NCBI GenBank assembly: GCA_040357565.1
Contig: JBDODJ010000017.1
Length of the DNA: 64,000 nucleotides
Reading direction: 5' to 3' (one strand)
Source: Cercozoa sp. M6MM
Lineage: Eukaryota; Protista; Endomyxa: Ascetosporea
Part shown: positions 37,322 through 53,817 of the stretch, in pieces
How positions within the stretch are numbered: the first letter of the stretch is position 1
How the letters are laid out: each line of letters opens with the position of its first letter
Made by a program: the position numbers and the translations under genes
The notes under the pieces: generated by a model
What the model was told of the DNA's origin: nothing
The model's database searches: none
The model's input: only the letters and a program-made list of their open reading frames with translations

Positions 37322-37410
<89 letters not shown>

Positions 37411-39342
37411 CATGCAGGATAGCAGAATGAGATGGACGTGGTTATACTATGCTACCAAGCAGACGAGTGCCAGTGCTTTGAGTGGCGACGCAAGTGCGAA
37501 CAAGGAGTCCGAGGAGTCCACGAAGTCGTGTAAGGCCGGACGCAGCATAAAGAAGTTGAAAGCGGCAGTTTCTGAGTCATTCAGATATTGTGGCAAGAGA
37601 GAGGCAGTCAGGTGCAACTGGTACAGTTGACTTACCATCCGTGGCTGCTTTGGCCAGACTGATCGATTGCATCTGAGCACTGGCGCGACTTAAGATTTCG
37701 TCAGTCTCGACGACCTCTGGCTTCAGAAGCAACATCATGTCTTCTATTTGTGTCGAGTCCAGACTAAGGAGCTCGATAGCTTCCTACACAGAACCCAATA
37801 CAAACAAATTGACAGTGCTCCAACTCAAGAATAGCCCGGGGGTGACTGAGCGATTCGGTACCTTGGATGCCATTGTTTGTTCCCAAAGCTGCTGCGCACG
37901 TTGACGGGGTTCAGCCGCAATGGTGCTTGCGCTGGTTTCGGCCATTGTGGTGACGGTGTCGACAAAGGCATCGATCTCCTGACCGGTGGCGGTGTCCGAC
38001 AGCACCGGCCACTTTGGAGTGAACGAGCTCGCCATTTCATTGGCTGCCTGGTGAACAGCCGCCGCTCGGTTCTGCTCCAGCTGCAGCAACTCGACGTGCA
38101 AATCTTCGCGAAGCGCAAGTAGCCGAGCTACATTGTAAACACATCAGTGCACCGCACTGCGGTTCAAGTTAAATGTACGAATATAATTATCGGTTTACTG
38201 TACCAACCGAGTCAAGCAGACGCTGTTCGAACAGTCGGACCAGCGACCGTGTCATGTTTTCGACCGACGGACAGGTGCGCGCCAAGAACGCGTGCACTGA
38301 GCCAAGTGCCCGAGTCAGCCTGGTTTGAGCACGTGCCCTTTCGCCGGCATCGCTCAGCAACAGGGTGTCACATTGCAGGGTGTCACCCAACGCCGGCTTA
38401 AACCTGAATCGAGCGTCTGAGGGAGCAAACACGTGCGGCTCGGGTATTAGCATCACGCTTTCTTGGGACTTGCATCGGCCATGAGTTCGCGACGAAGGCT
38501 GCTGGTCGAGGTGGCAAATGCTGTACTGGCCCGCGTCGAAGACACCAAGCTTGTCCGCTATCAGTTTGTTCAGCTTTGGGGCCGACCACTGTCGCCAGAA
38601 AGCCGTCGATCCAGTTTGTCCATGAAGCTCTCCGATGCGGCCCCGCAACTGCGTCCACTTTTGCGCGACGGTGTTGGCAAACTTTTCAAACGCAGTTTTG
38701 GCCTAATAGCAGCAATAGATTAACCAGAACATGTATATTGGTAACTAGCCTAATACCTGTCGAACCCAAGCGGGTGACCGATCCAACTTGAAGTCGTGCA
38801 GCACTTGAAGTCGCTCCTTGGCAGTGCGTTCACGTGCAGAAGTTCCAAAGTTAGCGTACCCGCGGAAGAGAGGGCCGAGTAGTTCGTCGAGCAGATCGCG
38901 TTCAAAACTGGCCTGCGCCTTCTGTAGCACCGCGACTGCAGCTGCTCGCTCCGACTCGCGTTCTGCCGTTGCACGTCTTTGCTGTTCCGAGCTTGCCTGT
39001 GCGGCCGCTCTACGGGCCATTCTCGCCCTACGTTCTTGGGTTATCGCTGTAAGCTCTTCTCTGTACAAGTCGCTGCCCTTCCTGTGCCAATACAGTTGGA
39101 AGATCATTGCACCAGCTATATTGGAGATCTAGGTGTAGATTGAAACCGAGGCACCATTTTCGGATGAAATCGAGCGCGATTTGCACCTGTTTGAACCGAT
39201 CCAAGATGCTCTGAACTGCCGTCCAGTTGGTCGCTTCGTCCGAAGTTAGACTGATGGGGCCCTCCACCCTTTTGGCACCCGTAGAATCGAGACGAACTCT
39301 GCCCACAATAATGGGTTCCTACCAGAAACCAGAGAGAGAGAA

Positions 39343-39397
<55 letters not shown>

Positions 39398-39407
39398 NNN
39401 NNNNNNN

Positions 39408-39461
<54 letters not shown>

Positions 39462-40328
39462 CTGAAAGAGTAAGTTTAGTCAAAGGGAGGTCTCACAATG
39501 TTGCCACAAGAACGCCGTCGTTCCAGAAACTCAGTTCGAAGGGCGGACTGCTCGGCTTGGTTCCCAAGGCAAAGGTAACCGTGAAGCCCCTTTGGGCGAT
39601 TAGACTCTTTTGAGATCCCAAACGGAGGAATGCAAGGGACGAGAATGAAAGAAACTGTTGATACAAAACTTCGGGGTACCAGGACAGCGTTCGTAGCCTG
39701 AGTTAGCATTTTATGGACAGTGGCGAGTGATCGGCCCTCGCGTTGGTAGTAGGCGACCTACAGTACTCGTTGTTAGGTAACCAGAATACGATGATTGCTG
39801 ACAGACTGAGACTTACATTCGGAGAATATGAAGCAAGCAACTCGTCGAAGCCTTTCAGAATTTCAGCACTCTCATTCAATGCGAGAGCATCTTCGTCCCT
39901 CAGTTTTTTCAGCACTCGGCGCAGGATTCTAAAGTCACCCGGCGACACACGAAGTTCTTCGCCGAGTCCGTGTGTGCCCTGCAGCACAGGCATCAAGGGG
40001 CGACCGTGGCCACAAATCGCCGTCAGTGTCACGCACTGCACCTCCGCCGGAGCAGCAGCGAGAACCTCGCGCACACTTGTTTCGACGTTTGCGTATTCGA
40101 CTCCATGTAGGTCGAGTTCGATCTGACAATGCGCTCAAATCTTGACCTCAATTCAGTCATACTGCAAAAGAAAAAAGTAGACGTGACACTAGACGGTACC
40201 ACAGTACTCGCACAGGACACCGGCGGCACAGCAGGCACACTAGTACTGCTGCCAAGCGCGGTGTTTGACACGGCGCAAGCACACGCCAGGGCCAACCCGA
40301 AAGCGCTCACGAGCGACTTCAATGCCAT
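35867..40328 (-). CDS. Large multi-exon hypothetical protein, divergent from HAP2
   Basis: Consecutive minus-strand frames (39703-40074, 39028-39306, 38745-39107, 38187-38648, 37784-38101, 36416-36925) with in-phase introns, e.g. DRFKQ|ISNIAGAMIFQ. No family recognised; ends uncertain. Confidence 0.5.
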
Positions 40329-41050
40329 CTCAGGTCATACAGACGAAACAGACTGTACGTATTCGCTGTTCGAGCTGAAATTCGCTCGACTAAGATAGAC
40401 AGTGCGTTCGGACTCTTGGGCCACGTGTTGCTCTCGTGTTGTCCCCAGGCTTGAGTCGGACTGACTGTACGATTCAAATTAACAGACCACACATAGACCA
40501 TAAATCATAGAAACACACGAAAGTTAGAGACCGAAAAGGCTAAGATTTTTGTTGCAAATGGTGCCTCGGTTTCAATATGTTAATCTTTCTTTGAAATATG
40601 TTAATCTTTCAGTTTTCCTCATCCGGCACCAGCTGTATTGGAGATCTAGGTGTAGATTGAAACCGAGACACAAATAAGTCCTCAGCAAGGGCTTTTGGAA
40701 ACAACGCTATCACGGCCACGAGCGCTCTATTCGTGTAACTCGCGTTTATTACGTCTAGCAGCTGCACGTGTGCTTTTGAATTCACTGCCTGAAGAAGTTT
40801 TGCGCATGGGGCTGCAAATGTTCCATGATGGGTTCACCGAAATAGTGCTGCAGTGCTGTACATACAATGACTTGGCTCCTAGTAGCGCACCGAATTTTTG
40901 GACAGTACGTCGGCGCCGAGTCAGATGGTACCCTTTGCAGCAAAGGCACCCAGTAGCCCGAGATTCTGGGTCCCCGGTCGTTGCTGAAACGTCTTCCAAC
41001 GCCTCGCGCGAAATCGCAGTTCCAATACTTCTGTAAGAGTAGTGAGGATC

Positions 41051-44890
<3,840 letters not shown>

Positions 44891-45194
44891 CCCCCACGCA
44901 CACTCTGACTACAGCAGCATCCTGACGTTGTCGTGCATTTACAAATTGCAACACCGTTAACTACAACACGTATTTCTGGACCTGATTGTACAGTGCAACA
45001 CAACAGGGATACTGTACTTTGAGTCGACGCGACATCGATAGATTGAAAGATTTGCTGAATACACAACTGACACAAAATATGTTCCGTTCCACGTTCAGTT
45101 GACGTAATATTATGTGTATATATACAGGGTATACATATACACAGTATCAGGTAACGACGTCAATAATGCAAAGGCAGGCCGTCATCAACACTCA

Positions 45195-47257
45195 TCACTC
45201 CCACGGCTCACCAACAAGCAGCTGCAGCCCGAGGTCCTTGTCTTGCTCCTCAACTCCTTCGCCGATATCGAGCACGCGACGCGTTTCGACGTCTGGACGG
45301 TACTTGCGTCGCCTTCGCGCGTGCAGCATGGCCTCGTCCTCTTCGTAGAGCCCGCCGCCTCCGGCGATTTGAGCCCTCTGCAGAGAGTCACAAAAGTAAG
45401 ATCACTTCGAGTTTCGACAGACTTCTACAGTACCAACTCAATATCGTCAGCTGGCACGTCCTTGCGCGACTCGACGACGCCGAGTGCAAACCGACCCCAC
45501 ATTGCAAAGGCAACAGCGCATAGCAGTTGCGTTGTTGTCAGTAACTGCAGTGTACATATAACGCAGCACAGGAATAAGCAGTCTAGAAGGCGTACCAGGG
45601 CAACGAAAAACAGCATGCCCGAGCAGATGCCGAGGTGCGCCACCACAAGCATCGCCGATGCGGCCGAAGACATGGCAAGCAGCGTCATTGAGTACACTGT
45701 AGGGTGCTTACGGGCACTGAAGAGAGTATGTGCCGTGATTAGTGCCATCGCAATCTACAGTACATCGTGAAGGGAGTTGGTGACATGTGACGGGAGTTGG
45801 TGACCGGAGTACCATAAACACCGACTCGTACAGCGGACCCAATCCAAAGTCGCTGAATACGAGAAGCAGCAAGTACACCAGTAGCAACAGTGTGCTCGTT
45901 CCCCAAATACAAAGCACGGCCGAGTAGTAACTATTCACGTTACATCGTAGGCAAGTTGAGTAGTGAAAAAACGTTGCCATACCCAAATGGAAGCACACGC
46001 GCATATCGAGTAGCTTTCGCGATTTCCTTCATCAGTCGCATCTGTTTGCGCGTCTCTTTGTCCAGTTTTACTTCCTTTTTCGCTTTCGTCTGCATCTTTT
46101 GTTGTGCCTTCATCAGTTCCGACATGTAGTCGACTCGCTGCAATATGGGGTTTTGGGGTTATCGTTTTAAAACCCGTACTGCTCTTAGTGCGAAACATAC
46201 AGCTTCGGGCGTTGTTTTGGCACTGCCTTCTTCGATAGTCTCCAGTTCAAGCTTGCGTTTGTCACGCACACCGCGGAGCACGCTGGCGTGGGAGTCGAAA
46301 CTGCGAAGCGATTGCTGCGAAGAAGCGACGTCCTCTTGAAAGTCAAAGTCATGTCGGATGACCCTCCTTGTTGGGTCGACTTGCATGGTGTGAATCTTTG
46401 CGTGCGGGTCGCGTTGCACGCGATAGGTGGCGGTATCAACTCGTAAAGGCGCCAGCATATCAGCACGCGAACGCTCTGCATACACAACGAATTTTAATTT
46501 AGCTAGAGACGAAATACACGCAGATAAGGGTACGTAGTCCGACTACACTCGCGCCTTGAAGCGGTGCATAGGCGCCAGTGCCAACATCTGCCGTAGGTGG
46601 CACCAAGCCCTGTTGCACTGCTCGACGGTGCGCCATGAGCAACTCACGTCGCGAAGGTGCACGTGCATGTTTCTCGCCAATCACGTCCAGTAAACCAGGC
46701 GCCTCGATTCCGACCGGTACCCGCAGTGACGACACTGTTGAAGTCTCGCTCGTCGTGACGGTGCTGCTTTCTTGGGTACCCGAACGTTTCGACGACGGAG
46801 TTGTCGGCTTTTGTGGAGTCCGTGGCGGTGTCTAAAATTGAAGTGCAAGGAGGATTCTGGAGTTACAGCTCTGATTAAATCGAAGTACACTCACAGGAAC
46901 GTCTTGAAAGCCAGTCGGAAAAGCTTGCTGAGCTGGCATTTGTGGTTGCGGATAGGTTTCCTGCTGCGGCTGTGCACCTGCTCCAAATTGAGCCTGCTGC
47001 GTTGGATACGGAGCTTGCGAGGCCGTTGGAAACTGCGTCTGCTGTGTGACAGGGTACTGCCCAACTTGTGTTTGTGGTTGACCCAGGTACTGACCACCGA
47101 ACTGGACTGCCTGTGGCTGCGCAGAAGGCTGTCCAAACTGCGCAGCATCTACACTCTGGCCAATGTTGTACGGTCCTCCACGGTCATTCTCAAAACCCTG
47201 CGCGACACCGGGAGGTTGCTGCACCGGGTAGGTTCCCTCGAACTGGCTACCTTGCAT
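45195..47257 (-). CDS. Multi-pass membrane protein with Gln/Pro/Gly-rich N-terminus
   Basis: MQGSQFEGTYPVQQPPG.. low-complexity exon, charged helical middle, about four hydrophobic segments (45425-45930), last exon ..LLVGEPWE*. Confidence 0.65.
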
Positions 47258-47526
47258 CGTTCGAAAGGGTCTGTTAAAGTCACTCGAAATATTGAACTTG
47301 CGAGTTTCCACCGCACCCCATGTCTATTTTGTGTACTTCGGAGTTTACCGTTTGCGAATTCGTCAGTTTGTACCACCGACTGAAGCTATACAGTCATGTA
47401 ACGAAGAAACACAGCAACTGTTTACTGTAAAATTTACAATTTAACTTAATTTACTTAAGTAAACAGTGAATCGAACTGATTTAAAATGCATGGAAGCTGA
47501 GAGGCGGAGTTTCACTCAACCGGCAG

Positions 47527-49796
47527 TCAATTTGCCGAAAAAGAAGGCTCGGCGGTGGGAAGGCACCACAGACGGAAACGCTGGTCGCCATTGGCCGTCA
47601 GAATGGCGTCGTTGTTGGTCGTCCAGGAGAGCGCGTTCACGGCAGCTGGCGTTCCTTCGTCGTGACCAGCGACGAGTTCAGCCACGAGCTGAGGCTTGGT
47701 CACTTCGACGGGCAACGCATCGCGTGCAGCTGCGATTGCTGCTGCAGTCGACGACAGCGGCGGCAGCGTGATCTCCATCGTTGTTGTGTTCAGCACGTCG
47801 AATCTACCGTAAACTGGAGAGATACTCTGTTCTAAAACAGAGCGTCTGAATCTAACATATGTGAGCCAAAAGATTACACGCGAACTGCGCCGTCTTCGCA
47901 AGCAACGGCGAGGAAGGCACCGCCACGATCGAATGCGACCTGATTCGCACCGACATTGTAGTTCGCCGACATCAGTGCCTCGGCACGCTCACCGAGCAGT
48001 CGCACGTCCCAGATTTTCACGACGCCGTCCGCATCGCAGCTGGCCAGGATCTTGCCGTCACTGGGCGCGAAACTGCAGTGCGAGACAGCGTTGCGATGGC
48101 CGTACAGTGTCGCAATGCACTGACCGCCCATGCCTGACTGCGGGTTGCACTTTCTCAAAGCACCACTCGACGGCGCACGTGCATCCCACTGCAGTCAAAC
48201 ATTTGTGCACCTGTGCTAGTGGTATAAGTACACGATGTACCAAAGAGACAGTCTTATCCGCGCTGGCTGTTGCAAGAACATCCGTGTGCGACAGGTTGCA
48301 CTGCCGTACGACGCCGTTGGCCGGCTGCCAGGCCACAGCGTTGACAGAATCGACGTGTCCGCGGAGTGTCAGCATGCAGCGAGTGGCCGCAACGTCCCAC
48401 ACTCTGGCCGTGTGGTCCACCGACGCTGTGGCCAGTCGCTGACCGTCCGAGTGCCAAGCGCAACTCCACACTGCGCCGGTGTGACCCTCGAGAGACAGGA
48501 CACACCTCGCTTCAGTAAGATCCCAGACCTTCGCGGTTCTATCACCTGAGGCAGTGGCGAGTAGACAACCTCCTGGGTGGAAGTCTGTTGCGGCGATCCA
48601 GTCGAGATGTCCCTCCCCGCTCATAACGAGCTCGGCCTTTGGCAGACTCCACAGCTTCCAGGTGCGGTCGTCGCCTGCTGTGGCCAGAAGTGGACGCGTC
48701 GGATGCAGCGACAGTGCGGCCACGGCGGCACTGTGGCCCTCCCAGGAGCTGCTCTCTCGGAGTGCTGCCGGCGAGTTCACCGGCTCGGTCGGCAGTGAAC
48801 TCGCGAGTCGCCGAGTGTTGCTGTCGACTCGCAGGAGTCGGCGCAGTTGCTGTTCCTCTCGTTCTTCCTGACTGAGCTCGTGCGCCGCTTTGCGTTGCTT
48901 GGTTTTCGTTGCTTCAGCTGCGGTATCTCGTTGTCGTAGATGTGCTTCGAGAGCTTCGGCGTGCACTCGCAGTCGATCGCGATCCAAACTGATGAGCATC
49001 TTTTCTTTCATCGCTCGTTCGTATTTGTCATGAAGCATGGCAAGTGTTGGCTCGTAATCGGCCACGTGCTTTCGTAATCTCTTGAGATCAGTGATGAGTC
49101 GCTCCTTCTCCTGCACTACTCGACGGTGATGCATCTTGTGAAAGTCGCGCTCGCGCTTGAGTCGGCCGAGAGCTTCTTGCAAGCGGACCAGCTGCTCGCT
49201 CGCGAGTTGCAGCTCGACTTCGGCACTGCTGCGACTTGCGAATGATCGAACTTCAAGCGAAGAACGACTTGAAAGTGAAACCGAAGACTCTTCCACCGAC
49301 TCGTGCTTTTCTGCAGCTTCAACACTGCTGCGCTGTCGTAGCTCCATCTCCGCGCGCCGCTGTGCTTTCGCATCAAGCGGAATCGTGAAACGCTCTTCAA
49401 GGTCTTCTCCTGTCGGAGGAAGGGGCAACTCACCGTAGTTCAGCGAAGCAGAACCTTCCGAGTCAACGGACACTTCCTCGAGCACGTAGCGCGCTGCTGG
49501 ACCATCGGTAAAGCGGAGTCCTTCTTTTCGCGTCGCATCTGGTGATTTTGGTTCCTTCGGATTCGACTCAGTTTCACTGCCTTCAGCCTCTTTGTTTTTG
49601 TGCTCACCGGGCTCTTGTTGGTTTGGAACAACTGGGGGTTCCGATAGCATACCCTACCAAAAATCTGTATCCAGACGTCATGTTAACTTACATATCAACT
49701 TACTGCGCAAATGGTAAGTTTATTTTACAGGGTAAGTTACAGTACCCTTTTCGCAGGAACGTCTTTCTGACCCCGTGCCTCTCCGGTGGAAGGCAT
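47527..49796 (-). CDS. SPAG16: Axonemal central-apparatus WD40 protein PF20/SPAG16
   Basis: Diagnostic coiled coil ERDFHKMHHRRVVQEKERLITDLKRLRKH..YEPTL..KYERAMKEKMLISLDRDRL followed by WD40 repeats (GEGHLDWI, LEGHTGAVWS, LRGHVDSVN, LYGHRNAV). ATG at 49796 with a first intron in phase. Confidence 0.93.
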
Positions 49797-50001
49797 CTTC
49801 AATGCAACAGTCTGAAGTATTCAAAGCTTAGCGCTGGTGGATTCGCTCTCAAACATAACCTGGAAATTAGGTTTTTTCTGGGGTTTATTCTCCACCTTCC
49901 GCACGGACGCAGGGATATATCCGAAAGGTAACCCTCAGAGGGCTCAGAGCAGGTTTGAGTGTTTTGGTGTCCTCTGACAGACCTCATCAAAGCTATCTGA
50001 C

Positions 50002-51115
50002 ATGGTGAAGCACACTGACGTCGAAATTGATGGTGTTGTTGCTGAGAAATCTGGTGGCGAGTGGCACACAGCTGGCAGCCGTCGTCGGCAGCGTTCCGGA
50101 CAAAAGCTGAACAAAGGTACTTGGCTGCTTTGTCCTGAATTGTTAGTGAAGTCTGCACAAATCAGGACAAGGCCGAAACCGCACTTCAAACTCGTCGCGT
50201 TTCACTCCGGAGCGGACTCTGGAAGGCGTCCAGGTGGGAGACAACATCGAGGCAATCATCTACTGGCCGGGTCGTTTCGAGTTTCAGTCCCCTGACGGCA
50301 GTATCGTGCGCAAAAACTGCGAGTTCGAGCGCAACCCAGACGAGTATCGCTTCTGTGGTTCGGTGCTCTCAATCGACTTGAACACGGGAGGCTTTGTGGT
50401 GCTTCGTCAACGGCGGTTTGCGGAAACCACAACGCTAGGCGCGACGGAGTACGCTGACGACATTCACTTGATTCCAACTCGTCGTGTGCGTCAGGTGCGA
50501 GTGTTGGTACAGCCTCAGACTTGACAAATTCGATGCCAGTGAATCAATTGTAAATTTATCAATACAGAATCGTCCCCAAACGGAGCGAGAGTTGTGCGCA
50601 GCGACTGAAATGCCCCTGCTCGATCTGAGGGAGCTGGCAGCGTTGCAGCAGTCGGTGAATGAGAGCTCCCTCGACGCCAGTAAAGGTCGAAAGGGGCATT
50701 TCCTCTTCATTGACTTGCAGAAGCGATTCAGCAACGTGTTTTGGGTTGGCGATTCCATCGTGGTATTACATTTGTTTTAACTCGTGCAATATTCGCATCT
50801 ACAATTGGAGACCTGTAGGTATCGGATCGAGTCATCATTGCGCCTCCCTTCACCTCCAACTGCGTATCTCTGATGAGTTCGTCGGAGGCAAAAAATGACT
50901 CGATTTCGGTTGCAACGCGAAGCTTGCTATCCGAGGTCCAAGCCTTCGTTGCCAGTAACATCCCACCCGTGAGTAAACACAGAAAGGCAAAGACGGTTAG
51001 CCCTAAACGCGAAAAGGAGGGTGAAATCGTTGCAGAAGCCGACTTGCGCGAAGCTGAACGGTCTTGCGGCAGCGTGAGCGACAATGCCTCTAAGACTGCA
51101 TCTACGACTCAATAG
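50002..51115 (+). CDS. LSM12: LSM12-like protein (LSm fold + anticodon-binding domain)
   Basis: MPLLDL..KGHFLFIDLQKRFSNVFWVGDSIV|VSDRVIIAPPFTSNCV matches the LSM12 AD domain. The upstream part (GSVLSIDLNTGGFVVL..DIHLI) is LSm-like. Confidence 0.75.
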
Positions 51116-51145
51116 TGATAGCGGCAATGTTATTTTACTTCTCTT

Positions 51146-53600
51146 TTAATTCAGTTGGCTTTCAGCTGTTATTCCAGCTCGTTCCCGTGGCGAGTTCGGT
51201 TTCTTACGGACGGTGACGTATGCTCTTCGTAACCGGTCTCCCGTTGCATCGATTCTCATGAGTTGTGGCGTCGACTTTTCAAGCGACTTTCGCAAGACCT
51301 CGCTCATAACTTCTTCAGCTAAGCTATAAACGCAATATTCGGTCAATGTAAGTTTAGACAGTAGCTGGGAATTGTAAACTTAATTTACATTTTGTACTCG
51401 GATTTGAAACCTCGAGGCACCTTTGCGAAGGCCTATACGAGAACAATATCTTTGTTGCAGTGTGTTATCTTGCTTGAAAGAGTACACGTGCTGCGACGCT
51501 CGTAGGTGCGAGTTCGAAGCGAGACAACGTATGACCGGACATGACATCTCTTGCAGCTGAAGAAATGAGTGATTTCATGGCAGATGCAGCAGCAAGTCTG
51601 CCGGACTTTCGTCCTCGCTGAAGGCTGGAACTGTAGACTTGAGATTGTAGCACATGTTGCGAAAGAGAGAACCCTGTGTCGGTACACGGGTCATGAGCGC
51701 TGCATGATTCTTGAAGTTGGTCAAGTTGCTGTTCGCCCCACATCGCGATAAACTGTCTTTCAAGTCGTGTCAAAGTCTCAGTGCTCAACTCTTCCGCTCT
51801 TTCCTTCAGTGCCAGTGCTGCAGCCGTGCAGTCGCTGACATTGCACCGCTTTTGCATCGCGGAGTAGAATCGGGCCGAGTAGCGATCCAACAGATTGCAT
51901 CGAACGTTGAATTTTATCCATTCTTCCTTGATACGCGTGCCCGGTTGCAAATCACACTCACCGAAATCTGCGCTTCGGCGTCGAGTCTCATCACGCAGAA
52001 CCTTCACTTTAGCACTGGGTGCAAGTGCGGTAACTCGCACTTTCTTCGCCTTTGAGAAACGTCGCGAAGTACGAGTCTTCGAGATGTCTGCTAACGAAGC
52101 TTCCTGATAGATCAACAACTCAATTCGTTCGTCGACGAAGCGGGCTTGCTGCTCTGTGCCGACAAGGTTGATGGAGAAAAACACAGTCTTCCGCTTGGTC
52201 AGAACTCCTTCGCTTGGGCTCACAGATATTCTCACATGGTCGAGCTTCGGCACTTTCCAGCGGAAGTGCAAAGCATGAAATGACGGGTTCGTGAGGAGGA
52301 AGAGTTTTCTAAAGCACAAAGTGCACGTAAAAAGACAACATCTAACGCCTCGTACCTTGAAATAGAGTTCTGCAGAATGGTGCCGAAGTCGAAGGACTGA
52401 ATCGGCATTTTCACCAAGTGTTGCTTCAGCGGTGGCAGCTCGAAAGGGAAGGTTGTATGCGGATTCTCCAGTGTCTTGTCTCGGGGGAGACAGTTAAGAA
52501 CAACGCGCAAGGTTTCGTATCTGACTTGCAAATCGCTGTCGAGCAATGTCACCCGCAATTTCAATCTGATCTCTTGCTCTCCGTACTTGAGCGGATGCAA
52601 CTCAAGTTGCAGTGAGCTAGTGCTCCCGCCAGGAATTCTCAGCTCGTTAAGGCTCTCCTGAGTCTTCAACACTGTGTATACGCCCCTGACTTGAATCTCA
52701 CCAACAACTTCCACACAGATTTCGTGGTTTCCAAAGTTGTGCAGCGGAAAAGCGATGCGCTTCGTGGTGCCGATGTGCACGTCAATGTACTGTGGACACG
52801 ACCAATGTTTCCCGAAAGCAAGGTAATGAAGTCTGTCACTTTGAGCTTTCATCTGGTTTTCGCACGAAGGAGCGCTGTACGAGCAGCTTTTCGACACTGA
52901 AGACACACTGAACTTGCCCAGGTCTTGCATTTGTTCGATCGATTTCGCGTGAATGTCGACGGGCAGAGTTGCGATTTCGAGCGAGATACTCAACGCTGGT
53001 CTGTGTTGCACTTCGACAATACACTTCACTTGCGCACAACGTGTGTGACGAGCTTTCACGTAGACACACACGGTTTCGCCCGGTGGCACGAGCACAGTTC
53101 GTGGGGTGATTTCAATCGCGCGTTCGTTGCGAATCGCGAGCTACATATTCAGTACAGTACAAATTCTTTGCGTTAACTGTCGTATTCAGCAACAAACAGA
53201 ACATTGGCAGTACCTGCGTCGCGTTTTTCTCGGCGTCTTCTTTGCTCGTTGAGTTAGCACACCAAGTTTCAAACACGTCCTCTTCCAGGCGAAAGTACAC
53301 TTCGCAGTTGCCCCTTCCTTCGTTGAGCAGTTCCCAACATGATTCAGTTTCCTCTCCTTGTAGTCCGCATGACAGAAGCATGGGTATTATTCCGTCACTA
53401 GAATTTTCGTTTTGGTCCGAACCAAGAGAGTGAACTTCGAAATGGGCCAACTTAAAGTTGATCTGCTCAATCGATTGGCGTTCCCATGCAACTGCGGCGG
53501 GCCATCGGCTGTGTGCAACATTGCGAATTGAAAGGCGTGGTGAGACTGGCATGACGCCGTCGTGCGGTTTGAGTATTGCGGCGCTCGCTACTTCTGCTCT
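51146..53600 (-). CDS. CFAP65: CFAP65 (CCDC108)-like ASH/Ig-domain ciliary protein, C-terminal portion only
   Basis: Ordered motifs matching the CFAP65 C-terminal half: PRLSIRNV..W..SIEQINFKL; ELLNEG..VFETW; IEITPRTVLVPPGET; FPLHNFG; IPGGSTSSLQLELHPL; FDFGTI..LFLLTN..FRW..VSPSEGVL..FVDERIELLIY. Confidence 0.7.
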
Positions 53601-53817
53601 AACTCAGTGCTTTGCGAGCATTCCTCCGCAGACGCGCGGATAAAATATTCTGTTGTCAGTTTCAAGTATTTTAACAGTAACCAAACAAAGAGTATCGGTC
53701 AGCGAAAACGCCGCGATCAGATCTAGAGATCGCAGACCCAAACACGTTAGTTCGAACCAATTTCACGATCCTACTGACGTGACAGGCGTGGTCGAACGAG
53801 CCGGTTTGCTCCGCTGT

